From: Nostoc punctiforme PCC 73102
GTDB lineage: Bacteria; Cyanobacteriota; Cyanobacteriia; Cyanobacteriales; Nostocaceae
Assembly (NCBI RefSeq): GCF_000020025.1
Contig: NC_010628.1
Coordinates: forward strand, 750,001 to 782,000
Direction of reading: 5' to 3'
DNA length: 32,000 nt
Shown here: in pieces, positions 9,155 through 18,360 of the stretch
Layout: every line of letters begins with the position of its first letter
Numbering within the stretch: position 1 is the first letter of the stretch
The notes under the pieces: generated by a model
The model's database searches: none
Told to the model about the DNA's origin: nothing
What the model saw: the letters and a program-made list of their open reading frames with translations, nothing else
Translations under genes and position numbers: made by a program

Positions 9155-10837
9155 TTAAATTGTTTTTAGACGTTTTCTCTTGTTTTTTTGCTCAGGGTTG
9201 GCATCTTCCTTATCTTGTTTCTCTAATTCTGGCAGTTTAAAAAGAACTCCCGCAAAAAACCAATAATAGACAGCAACCGGGTCAACATCTAGAGGATAGT
9301 AGTAGGTGTTGTAGCTAATAAACAATATAAACACCCATAAAGCTGCTCCGTAACTGCGGAAATTACGGTTCTTTATGGAGCGATAGGTTTTAAAGCCCAT
9401 AATTGTTAAACTTGTTACCAAACCCAAAAAAGCTAGTACTCCAATAATTCCAACTTCAAAAAGGACTTTGGGGTAGTAGGTTTCTACCAGTTTAGTTTTA
9501 CCCATTGCGCGGGCAGAGTTAGTTGCTCGACCTAAGCCACTTCCTAAAGGCCCATCTACATTTTTCCAATTCTCTTCAAATTGCTGGACGATAAAATCTT
9601 GAGGTGGTGAAGCCTCCCACCGACCCGTAAAACTCTCGGTTCTCTCCTGGACGACGGTAGGGTTAGTTACCATCACAATTCCTAAAACTATAGCCAGTCC
9701 TATACCTATGGGGATAAATCGTTTAAGGTTGCCAATTTGACCAGTCAGCAATAGCAAAATCCCGAAACAGATTGGTACTAAGGCTAAGGCGATTCTTTGT
9801 CCAGAAATTACAGCATTGATAAAGACTGTTACTAAAGAACCTAAACCGACTAGCCGCCAAATTATAGAGGGATCGGTGAAGCCGGTGGCAAAGGTAAAAA
9901 AGGTGCTGGAAATTAAGAACCACGCCCATTGCCAAGGGGCTACAAATGTTCCTGGCAGACGAATTACTCCCTCTTCTGGACTATATAAAAGCGCTCCACC
10001 AAAATAACACCGGGCTTCTAGTGATGTGACAAATAGGGCATTTCCTTCAAGACCTCTAGTGCCTTGACATACACCAGTTAGTAGTAAGAGGTATTGGATA
10101 CATCCCAACACACAACATATCAGTATGAGAACAATTTGGAGGCGCGATAAAAAGAGAAAATCCCGCTTATCCCGAATTAGATAGTAAGCACAACCAATCA
10201 GAGGGACATAACCTAAAAATACTTTTAGCCCCAAAATTCCCATACCTAAAGGTATTTCTTTCTCTGCTTTTTCTAATAGTCCGACGCTAGGCGGGTTAAA
10301 CTGCTGTCCACCATTGACAAACAATAGTGTTAGTACACTGCAACCCAAGACAATATAAAGCGGAATTTTAATGCCTTGGGGAATAATTAAAGGTAATCCC
10401 TGCTTACGACAAGTTTGCCAAAGTCCAATTAGCGCTGGAACATAAAAGGCATCTTTAGCTAATTGGAGTATGGGACTACTGCCTAAATAGTAGGTGATGG
10501 TACCCCCAACAGGTACGTAAATGATGAAGGCATATAGCGCTTGGCGCGGGTATTTGTAAGAAAGGGATATGATGATTATCCCTAAAACACCGGGGACTGC
10601 TGCTTTAATTCCACCTACGAAAAAAAGCACAACGCCAACGAATAAACCGCCAAAAGTGGCGGTGGTGAGTAAACTAATGAGTTCTTTACGTGCTAGGGCT
10701 GCTTTGCGTTTTTGGGCTAACTGTTCTTTGAGACTAAGAGTAGAAGTTTCCTTAGAAGTCTGCTTTTTCGATTTTTTAGATGTCTTGGATTTTGACTTTA
10801 TTTTCGGCATAGTAGCGCTGTAGCCTATCAGCATCAA
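9155..10837 (-). CDS. O-antigen polymerase/ligase (Wzy_C)-like polytopic membrane protein
   Basis: About 12 hydrophobic segments. The loop GSGLGRATNSARAMGKTKLVETYYPKVLFEVGIIG resembles the Wzy_C/O-antigen-ligase signature ending in E-x-G-I-I-G. A K/S-rich N-terminal tail is present. The start could instead be ATG 10810 (MPKIKSK). Confidence 0.6.
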   Translation of the reverse strand: MMLIGYSATMPKIKSKSKTSKKSKKQTSKETSTLSLKEQLAQKRKAALARKELISLLTTATFGGLFVGVVLFFVGGIKAAVPGVLGIIIISLSYKYPRQALYAFIIYVPVGGTITYYLGSSPILQLAKDAFYVPALIGLWQTCRKQGLPLIIPQGIKIPLYIVLGCSVLTLLFVNGGQQFNPPSVGLLEKAEKEIPLGMGILGLKVFLGYVPLIGCAYYLIRDKRDFLFLSRLQIVLILICCVLGCIQYLLLLTGVCQGTRGLEGNALFVTSLEARCYFGGALLYSPEEGVIRLPGTFVAPWQWAWFLISSTFFTFATGFTDPSIIWRLVGLGSLVTVFINAVISGQRIALALVPICFGILLLLTGQIGNLKRFIPIGIGLAIVLGIVMVTNPTVVQERTESFTGRWEASPPQDFIVQQFEENWKNVDGPLGSGLGRATNSARAMGKTKLVETYYPKVLFEVGIIGVLAFLGLVTSLTIMGFKTYRSIKNRNFRSYGAALWVFILFISYNTYYYPLDVDPVAVYYWFFAGVLFKLPELEKQDKEDANPEQKNKRKRLKTI

Positions 10838-10846
10838 GGTAATACA

Positions 10847-11614
10847 TTATACTTGACAAATATTTTGGGATTGCTGTAAGTTGTACAATCCAAATTCGTC
10901 CTTAACTGATTGATTTAATAATTTGCGATTAAAAATGTTAAATTTCAATCTTTTTGAATTATCAAAAAGGTTTTCTCCTGTGTCCAGGATATAAACTGCT
11001 CCTGGAAATGGTAATGATTTAATAGCTTTTCCTTTATTCTCTAAAATATCCCTAACTTTGCCATGATCTATATAATATCTATAGTATCCGTAGCCACGAT
11101 TATACTCTGCGCTTTCGGGCAAATAGTTCAGATCGTAGCGAATAATGTTACAACTACCGCACATTTTATAAAAATTCCTTCTTTTAATATATACATATTT
11201 ACTACCTTCCTGATATTTATAACCTTTGTTAATAACCCATCCATCCGAATCAGGATGTTGTTGAATAAATTGGGCTAATTTTTTGCTGACGCAATCATCA
11301 GCATCAATTGCCATAGTGTGAGTAGGAGAAAATTGTTGAGCATAAATCAATCCTTTCAGGATTTTACGCCCTTTATCTGTGTCTCCTTTCGCTACAGGGT
11401 TAGTCTCGTTGGGAGGAGAAAAATCAACTGTAAGGTATGTAATATGAGAATGGGTGAATTCTATTTTTGGCTTTTCGTGACAAACAACAATAACGTGAAA
11501 GTTAGGTGAGGTTTGATTGCAAACTGATTTAATGCATCTTTCAAATAATTGGGTAACACGTTCCCAGGAATTGGAAACTTTTGCACTTTTAAGTGGGATA
11601 ACAAAAACAAGCAT
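10847..11614 (-). CDS. Glycosyltransferase, GT-A fold (family 2-like)
   Basis: 255 aa with N-terminal VFVIPLKS and DxD AIDADD. It is the first gene of the co-directional glycan cluster. Confidence 0.6.
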   Translation of the reverse strand: MLVFVIPLKSAKVSNSWERVTQLFERCIKSVCNQTSPNFHVIVVCHEKPKIEFTHSHITYLTVDFSPPNETNPVAKGDTDKGRKILKGLIYAQQFSPTHTMAIDADDCVSKKLAQFIQQHPDSDGWVINKGYKYQEGSKYVYIKRRNFYKMCGSCNIIRYDLNYLPESAEYNRGYGYYRYYIDHGKVRDILENKGKAIKSLPFPGAVYILDTGENLFDNSKRLKFNIFNRKLLNQSVKDEFGLYNLQQSQNICQV

Positions 11615-11770
11615 GATATTATCCTTAGATCAAGTTTAGGAATCTGCTTTGAGTTTTAAAGTTAAATTGCTTAAGAGGCAATAGTAAAAGAAGCATTTTT
11701 GAGTATTGCTGAGTTGGTTCAAAAATCAAATATAAGTTTTATAGCAAAGAATCTCGAAGTAATTGAAGAA

Positions 11771-11891
11771 GAATTCAGAAGTCAGAATTCAGGAGTCAGA
11801 ATCAAGACGCTCGATGACTCGCTAACGCTGCGCTATCCGCTTTTTCGTTCAGAATTCATTCTGAATTTTGACTCCTGACTCCTGAATTCTG
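11771..11891. repeat. Palindromic element built from heptamer arrays (GAATTCA/GGAGTCA)
   Basis: The left arm is GAATTCA GAAGTCA GAATTCA GGAGTCA (11771-11798). The right arm is TGAATTT TGACTCC TGACTCC TGAATTC (11862-11889), the inverted copy, around a unique core of about 60 bp. Confidence 0.6.
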
Positions 11892-11983
11892 TTCGATAAT
11901 AACACGTTCAGACTGATGTGATGAGGTGATGAGTTTTTTGATAATTAATTAAGCGGACATTATATAACAATACAAATACAAAT

Positions 11984-12034
11984 GTCACAGCTTCTACAGA
12001 TAACCAAGGCTGGTTAATTTGTAGAAGCTGTGAC
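11984..12034 (-). terminator. Stem-loop downstream of glmM
   Basis: GTCACAGCTTCTACA (11984-11998) pairs perfectly with TGTAGAAGCTGTGAC (12020-12034), giving a 15-bp stem and 21-nt loop. It lies about 40 nt past the glmM stop on the minus strand. Confidence 0.5.
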
Positions 12035-12074
12035 GGAAAATTGGCGTTTGTTAAAAGCTGAGATAATAGCTAAC

Positions 12075-13547
12075 TTAGTCCATCAGGTGTTGCTGGACTT
12101 TTGAAACTAATTCATTTGTCCAGTAGTTGGTAAGTTCGGCATTGGCGGCTTCTACCATAACTCTGATTACTGGTTCTGTACCAGAGGCGCGAACCAAGAT
12201 TCTACCAGAATCACCCATTGCCGCTTCAGCAAGGGCGATCGCTTGTTGCACCGGTTCGCAATCTTGCCACCCCAAACGGCGATCGCGGTCTGTAACTCGC
12301 ACGTTCCGCAATATTTGCGGATATGTCTGGAAGCTTTGATCTACTAATTCTGCTAGAGAAACACCCGCTTCTTTCACCAAAGCTGCCATATGCAAGGCTG
12401 TTAATAAGCCATCTCCAGTTACAGCATAATGACGGCAAAGAATATGACCTGATTGTTCGCCGCCTAACATTCCCCCAGTTCGCTGCATTTCGGCTTGTAC
12501 GTATTGATCGCCGACGGCGGTACGAATTAATTTACCACCAATTTGTTGCCAAGCTTTTTCAAAGCCCAAGTTGGCCATGACTGTAGATACAATCAGGTTG
12601 TCTGGTAGTTGTTGGTTTTTTTGTAAATGCCGTCCCCACAGGTAGAGAATGTAATCGCCGTTCACTTGCCTGCCAGTATTGTCTACTGCTAAGACGCGAT
12701 CGGCATCGCCATCGAAGGCAAAGCCGATGTCGGCGTTGTGTTCTTGGACTGTAGCGGCAAGAATATCTAAATGAGTGGAACCGCAGTTAACATTAATGCG
12801 ATCACCATCTGCTTCGTTATGCAAGCAGATTACCTCTGCCCCCATTTCTGTAAATACTGACGGTGCTAATCCGACTGCTGCACCCCACGCCAAGTCTAAA
12901 ACAATCTTCATTCCCTGAAGATTGAGGGTACTGTTTAAGGGTTTTTTTAACGCGTCGCCATAATGCCCCACTAACTCAAAACGTGAGTAATGCCGTCCGC
13001 AATTGCTAACTTTAGCAATAGGTGATATTTTCCCACGCAGTCCCGCTTCTATTTCTGCCTGTAATATTTGCGGTAGCTTTCCACCATTTGCACCAAAAAC
13101 CTTAATTCCATTATCCTCTGGAGGATTGTGGCTGGCAGAAATCATCACTCCACCGATCGCATCACTGATGCTGGTGAGATAGGCAATGCAAGGAGTGGGA
13201 CATAATCCCAAATACCAAACTTCTAATCCTGCTGCTGTTAACCCTGCACTCAAAGCCATTGCTAGCATATCGCTGGAGTTTCTAGAGTCCTGTCCGAGAA
13301 TGACTGGTCCTATTTGAGTAGCATGGTTACGTAAAACAATCCCCGTCCAAAAACCAACTTGTAATGCTAAGGGCGCACTCAGCAATTCTCCGACTCGCCC
13401 GCGAATCCCATCGGTACCAAATAAAGGATTTGCCGGTAGTGGGATTAAATTCAGTCCAAAACTGCTTTCGATCCCTTTACCCAATCCTTCAGCTTCGGAA
13501 GGAGAATCTCCAGGAATGCCTGGTATCCGAGTTATAGATGAAACCAT
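12075..13547 (-). CDS. glmM: Phosphoglucosamine mutase
   Basis: Phosphoserine loop [13 protein letters not shown], metal loop FDGDADR and sugar loop GGEQSGH. The preferred start is ATG 13547 ([10 protein letters not shown]) rather than the track start at 13568. Confidence 0.9.
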   Translation of the reverse strand: MVSSITRIPGIPGDSPSEAEGLGKGIESSFGLNLIPLPANPLFGTDGIRGRVGELLSAPLALQVGFWTGIVLRNHATQIGPVILGQDSRNSSDMLAMALSAGLTAAGLEVWYLGLCPTPCIAYLTSISDAIGGVMISASHNPPEDNGIKVFGANGGKLPQILQAEIEAGLRGKISPIAKVSNCGRHYSRFELVGHYGDALKKPLNSTLNLQGMKIVLDLAWGAAVGLAPSVFTEMGAEVICLHNEADGDRINVNCGSTHLDILAATVQEHNADIGFAFDGDADRVLAVDNTGRQVNGDYILYLWGRHLQKNQQLPDNLIVSTVMANLGFEKAWQQIGGKLIRTAVGDQYVQAEMQRTGGMLGGEQSGHILCRHYAVTGDGLLTALHMAALVKEAGVSLAELVDQSFQTYPQILRNVRVTDRDRRLGWQDCEPVQQAIALAEAAMGDSGRILVRASGTEPVIRVMVEAANAELTNYWTNELVSKVQQHLMD

Positions 13548-14116
13548 ATATTTAAACACTCCACACAATCACACTGAAAAATAGCACTTAAGACTTTATT
13601 CAGCAATTTTGACATGCTTTTTCTCTTTAGAAATTCATTCTAAATTCAGCCATTTTTACGTAATTATACTGAATTGCAGGCTTTAAAATTGTAAATATTT
13701 CATGAAGCCAGTATTGGTTTTTACATTATTAGTAAAGTCTCCACATTTTAGCTAATTATTCCCTTTATGCCATGCACTTTAGTCTTGATTTTTATCTATA
13801 TTTAGTTCACATTTTGCAATGCTACTAACAAGAAATAGAATGTAAGGAATATTACCTAGATTTCATTATGAATATTTTTAGGAAAACTAAGAAGGAAAGC
13901 AAAAGTTAGCTTATAACAACAGAAAATCAAAACACCGGAATGTAAAGTTATATTACGTAGTTTTATTGCTGTGTAAAAAACTACAAAATTATTGCAGCTT
14001 AAAAAATTTTAATATAAATTCTCATCAAATAGTTTTAAGGTAACGTTTTAATGGCTTTTTTAGCCGTTAGTGAATTAAAACTCCGGCAGTTAACTTTTTA
14101 AAGTTGAGAATTTAGC

Positions 14117-14833
14117 ATGAGCAGCAATTTAGCAACCAAATTACGTGTAGGCACTAAGAAAGCCCACACAATGGCAGAAAATGTAGGTTTTGTCAAGTGC
14201 TTTTTAAAAGGAGTAGTCGAAAAAAACTCTTACCGGAAACTAGTTGCTAACTTCTACTTCGTCTACTCAGCGATGGAAGAAGAAATGGAAAAGCATCGCC
14301 AGCACCCAATTCTTTCTAAAATCAACTTTCCCCAGCTAAACCGCAAGTATACCTTAGAGCAAGACCTGAGTTATTACTTTGGTGCTAACTGGAAAGAGCA
14401 AATCAAACTATCTTCCGCAGGTGAAGCTTATGTAAAGCGCATCCGAGAAATCTCTGCCACAGAACCAGAACTGTTAATCGCTCATTCATATACTCGTTAC
14501 TTGGGCGACTTATCTGGGGGACAAATTCTCAAAAACATTGCTGTAACGGCGATGAATTTGTCTGATGGGCAAGGAACAGCTTTTTATGAGTTTCCAGAAA
14601 TTCCTGATGAGAAGGGATTTAAAGCGAAATATCGCCAAATTCTGGATGAATTACCCCTTGACGATGCGGCAACCGATCGCATTGTTGAGGAAGCAAACGC
14701 CGCTTTTGGCACGAACATGAAGATGTTCCAAGAATTGGAAGGCAATTTGATTAAAGCGATCGGTGTAATGGTGTTCAACAGCCTCACACGGCGACGGACA
14801 CGCGGCAGTACTGAACTCGTCACTGCTGAGTAA
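14117..14833 (+). CDS. ho1: Heme oxygenase 1
   Basis: 238 aa. The N-terminus LATKLRVGTKKAHTMAENVGFVKCFLKG, with the proximal His, matches the cyanobacterial HO-1 pattern. Confidence 0.9.
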   Translation: MSSNLATKLRVGTKKAHTMAENVGFVKCFLKGVVEKNSYRKLVANFYFVYSAMEEEMEKHRQHPILSKINFPQLNRKYTLEQDLSYYFGANWKEQIKLSSAGEAYVKRIREISATEPELLIAHSYTRYLGDLSGGQILKNIAVTAMNLSDGQGTAFYEFPEIPDEKGFKAKYRQILDELPLDDAATDRIVEEANAAFGTNMKMFQELEGNLIKAIGVMVFNSLTRRRTRGSTELVTAE

Positions 14834-15103
14834 CGGTATTGACATTGCGGAGTATGGTGTGTGGATTCTAAGTCCAGATAGCCTGATGCAAGATAATTTA
14901 CAGGTATTTCTGGAATAAGAGCGATTAACGCTCAAATATTTAGGGGCAATAGCCCTGTGACTGTTTTCTATTTGTGAAAGCAAGCATGGGGAGATTGCCC
15001 CTCAATTATGATTAAAAGAGTTAGGAGTCATTCGATTTTAGATTTAGGATTTAAGGTTTTCTTTTAATCCCCAATTCAAAATTAGGTAATTTCTGGGCGA
15101 TCT

Positions 15104-17191
15104 TCATCCTAAACTGGATATTGCTGTGCGATCGCTATCTTCATCTTGTAGCGGTAAATCATATTTATTATAGAGAACTTTTATATGTCGGCTAAATTGC
15201 TCCTCTACAAAATAGCTGCTAGAAAATTCACTTGCAAAAGAAACTTGGTGAAAGTGATAATCTAGATTTAGTAGATTGTAGACAAGTCTTAAAAAATAAT
15301 CATCGATCCAGAAATCTACATCAAATAGTGAAATACCATATTTCCCTTCCAACCTACGATTTAAAGTTTTTAGTAACCAAGACCATTGAGGTTTGAGGGT
15401 GGGATCGATACGGTTCCCAAATACAGGATTAAAAAACTGATTTACTTGAGTTGTTCTCACATCAATCACTTTAGTTAGTAAATCTGCTGCTTTGATTGGA
15501 GATGAATTAAACCAATAGTTAGCAACTACTAAATCATGTAAATAAGCAACTACAATTTTAGGGTTTTCTTTAATGAACTGCGATCGACAAACAATTCCTC
15601 TGATTGATGGAATTCTTAAACTACTTGTTTGAGATAAAGGCAGCTTTCTCACAAAAGCGTAAGCTTCTAGAATTGAGGCGAAAGTGTAACAGCATACGTA
15701 AGCATCTATAGTTTTGTTTGCCAAACTCTTACTTGCTTTACGAGGATCTTCATTCACTAATCTACAATCTTTACTGACATCCATATTATAGAGGTCAAAA
15801 AGAGTGATGATGAACCTATGAGCATTGGAACCAAATAAGGTAGAAATTCGTTTACCTTTGAGATCCTGAACAGTATTTATAGAAGAATCTTTATGCAAAA
15901 CAATATTTATATCTTGACCTAAAAGATTATATGAAGCAATCCCAATTAATTTAGAACCAAAACTAAAATCATCAAAGAATTGACTACCATTATTCAAGAG
16001 ATAAATATCATCTAAAATACAAATATCTAGCTCTCCCCGCTTTATGTGTCGGTTCATTTGTTCGCCAGAGTCAAAAGGTAGAATTTGTAACTCGAAATTT
16101 CGAGTAATTTCAATATTTTTGAAAATAGCCTGTTCAAATGATGAAGATGCTCTCTGTAAATCAGAAATATACTTAGTCCCATACCCAGCAATAAACTGTC
16201 CTATAGAATCTCTCTGAATACCTATCCTCAGAATTTTTTCCTTTTTAGGAGAATACCTATTTAAAATTAAGTTTATATTAGTCAAGCTTTCCAAATTGTC
16301 TCGATCGAGTCTAAAGCTTCTCACCAAACCCTCTGCGGATATTAACAACTCACTAAAGCGAGGAACATGCAGATAAATACCATATTCATTAACATCTTGA
16401 ATAGTCAGAGTAAAAACTTGGTATTGAGCTATTATCTCAGCTTGGCAAAAGTCAGGTAAAATCGTTATTTTTTGGTTTTTTGAGGCATAATTTAGTACAT
16501 CTTTATAACTGTTTAGCACGTGTACGCCGCTTAATTGGTTTCTCAAAAATACATTTTTAGATAGTTCTTGATAAACCTCGTCTAAAAGCACAAGATCAGC
16601 CAGATTAATATCATTTATGTTAACTAAGCTATGCTCATTCAAATATTTATTTGCTCCAAAGACAAACAACAGCATTTTATGAGTTTTTAATCTAGTGCAG
16701 TGGTGTTCTTCTTTATATCCAGAGCAAGTGTTGAGTAGTAGCTCCATTTCTCTGAGGTGAGAATTGGAAAAAAATCTGCTATCTTTAACCGCAATTTTTT
16801 TGAGATTTCTGTCTGGAAAACAAAGCTGAAATCGCTGCAAATATTGTTTTAGCCAGACTTCTAAAATTAAACTAGTAGCCCCCAATATTAAATCTTCACC
16901 TTCAGCGCTAAATGTTGCCTGAAATTCTTCTTGCAGATTTTCTACAGTTTCTACAACATTAAATGTCTGGGAAATCAATTTCTTGCCTTTATTAGTCAAG
17001 CATATAGAGCCGGGAGAGCGATTTAACAGAATTACTCCGAAATAATCCTCTATCTGTTTGACTTTTTTACTAATTAATGATTGACTATAACCTAGTTTTT
17101 GTGCTGCTTTAGAGAAGCTACCACAGTCATCTACTGCTTTTAAAATTTTGATGTGGTTTAGGGTAATATCTTCGAGTTTAATTTTATTCAT
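15104..17191 (-). CDS. LysR-type transcriptional regulator fused to a C-terminal SsuA/NitT/TauT-like solute-binding domain (695 aa)
   Basis: Residues 1-70 form a LysR HTH (FSKAAQKLGYSQSLISKKVKQIEDYFGVILLNR). Residues about 95-295 have the length and layout of an LTTR effector domain. Residues about 318-640 carry SBP-type patterns: VQDLKGKRISTLFGSNAHRF...VNEDPRKASKSLANKTIDAYV and FIKENPKIVVAYLHDLVVANYW. The gene is visibly more AT-rich than its neighbours. Confidence 0.7.
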   Translation of the reverse strand: MNKIKLEDITLNHIKILKAVDDCGSFSKAAQKLGYSQSLISKKVKQIEDYFGVILLNRSPGSICLTNKGKKLISQTFNVVETVENLQEEFQATFSAEGEDLILGATSLILEVWLKQYLQRFQLCFPDRNLKKIAVKDSRFFSNSHLREMELLLNTCSGYKEEHHCTRLKTHKMLLFVFGANKYLNEHSLVNINDINLADLVLLDEVYQELSKNVFLRNQLSGVHVLNSYKDVLNYASKNQKITILPDFCQAEIIAQYQVFTLTIQDVNEYGIYLHVPRFSELLISAEGLVRSFRLDRDNLESLTNINLILNRYSPKKEKILRIGIQRDSIGQFIAGYGTKYISDLQRASSSFEQAIFKNIEITRNFELQILPFDSGEQMNRHIKRGELDICILDDIYLLNNGSQFFDDFSFGSKLIGIASYNLLGQDINIVLHKDSSINTVQDLKGKRISTLFGSNAHRFIITLFDLYNMDVSKDCRLVNEDPRKASKSLANKTIDAYVCCYTFASILEAYAFVRKLPLSQTSSLRIPSIRGIVCRSQFIKENPKIVVAYLHDLVVANYWFNSSPIKAADLLTKVIDVRTTQVNQFFNPVFGNRIDPTLKPQWSWLLKTLNRRLEGKYGISLFDVDFWIDDYFLRLVYNLLNLDYHFHQVSFASEFSSSYFVEEQFSRHIKVLYNKYDLPLQDEDSDRTAISSLG

Positions 17192-17267
17192 GCTAGGTAG
17201 GGCAAGATTTTAAAATAATTCGTAATTAAATTTTGTAACGGGGATATTAATTAGGCATCAAAACTTG

Positions 17268-17283
17268 CTGCCTTGGGAGGCAG
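17268..17283 (-). terminator. Short hairpin downstream of the LLM gene
   Basis: CTGCCT-TGGG-AGGCAG. On the minus strand it is followed by CAAGTTTTGA, about 28 nt after the stop at 17311. Confidence 0.35.
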
Positions 17284-17310
17284 GGGAATTAAACCCCCAA
17301 ACTCTTTTAA

Positions 17311-18360
17311 TTACAAGGGAATTAAGATATTCTGCTGTGTATATTTTGATATTACTAATTCGTGGAAGCGAATAGTATCTTCCAACATAGATTCAAATTT
17401 GAGTACTATTAAGTCAACGCCAACAGCTTCGTATTCTTTCAGGCGGTTAAGAATAGTATAGCGATCGCCAACGAGTTGAGCAGATAAACCAAGGTTAGCT
17501 TCAATGGTTTGCTTGATATCGAGTTTGTTATGGGCAACGACATTAGGATCGATTTGTTCTTGAAAGTACTTGATTTGCTGCTGATTGGCAGAACGATAAA
17601 TCGCTTCTAATCTGGCTTCGGCTTGGGAAGTATGTTCACGAACGATCGCAAATGCACTCATTGCTACTTTAATCTGACGGCCGTAGCGATCGCTAGCTAA
17701 TCTTTTCACTTTCTGCACCAATGCTGCCGTTTTTTCAGGTTCATCAGCATTGATAAATAGATAATCTCCCTGACGAGCCGCTAAGTCAATCGCCCTGTCT
17801 GATTCGCCGGCAATGAAAATAGGTGGTGTTGGTGTAGGCTTATCTGTGAGGATACCACCCGCAATATTGTAGTATTTGCCAACATAATTAAAGTCTTCAA
17901 CTGTCCACAGCCCCTTAATTACATCAATGTACTCTTCTAATCGCGCGTAGCGATCGCTGTGAGGTAGCCAGACATCTCCATAGCTTTCTACTTCTAATTT
18001 CCACCAACCTGCAATACCACTCAGAGCAAATCTGCCGTTACTAAGTTGATTTTGAATGTTTGCACTCAGCTTCGCAATAACCGCAGGCAATTTAAAACCA
18101 GGTTGTACAGCCGCAACAATCTTGATATTCTTGGTGTTCAAACTTGCTAAAGCTGCTGTAATCCAAGCATCAGCGACATTATAGTTAGGGCCATGAACTG
18201 CATTTAAGTAATGTTCAGGAATGTAATAAAAGTCATAACCTAACTCGTCTGCCTGAACTGCCAGTTTCACCAAATCTTGAGTGGATAAATTAGCTTCATG
18301 GTTGACAACCCGCAATCATCCACCACAGACCGGCGACCAAATTCCAAACTGAAGTGTCAT
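17311..18360 (-). CDS. LLM-class (RutA/SfnG-like) flavin-dependent monooxygenase with an in-frame TGA at codon 15; possible pseudogene
   Basis: The minus strand from ATG 18360 reads MTLQFGIWSPVCGG-TGA-LRVVNHE..., in the same frame as the 334-codon track ORF (TTG at 18315). The family N-terminus is ..GG/NG-W-L.. (RutA: PIGNNGWLIS), so the TGA at 18316-18318 sits where TGG (Trp) is expected. The rest of the frame is intact, with NGRFALSGIAGWW. Confidence 0.7.

Noticed and set aside
8425-12580. Nested or antisense ORFs inside the GT, Wzy-like and glmM genes: 8425..8634, 9723..9935, 9816..10007, 10569..10823, 11063..11278, 11318..11509, 12127..12339, 12226..12438 and 12323..12580.
   Set aside because: Each is fully contained within a longer ORF that carries clear family motifs. 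They are short, have odd composition, and are typical shadow ORFs.
13941-13956. NtcA-like site upstream of ho1 (GTAAAGTTATATTAC). The palindrome TGTAAACT-N6-AGTTTACA at 18784-18805 was also considered as an NtcA box.
   Set aside because: The spacing is GTA-N9-TAC in the first and TGTA-N14-TACA in the second, not the canonical GTA-N8-TAC.
14584-14983. Minus-strand ORFs 14584..14823 and 14651..14983, overlapping the 3' part of ho1.
   Set aside because: They are antisense to a confidently identified heme oxygenase and show no motifs. The second extends only into the terminator-like region.
14942-15002. Inverted repeat AGGGGCAAT...ATTGCCCCT between ho1 and the LTTR-fusion gene, as a structured ncRNA.
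   Set aside because: It has only a 9-bp stem closing a 43-nt loop, with no further recognisable structure or known RNA-family motif. It is at most a weak terminator for the convergent genes.
18316-18318. The in-frame TGA of the LLM gene as a selenocysteine codon.
   Set aside because: The homologous position is Trp, not Cys or Sec, in the family. The sequence just downstream (TTGCGGGTTGTCAACC...) offers only a 4-5-bp stem, not a convincing bacterial SECIS. LLM enzymes are not known selenoproteins.
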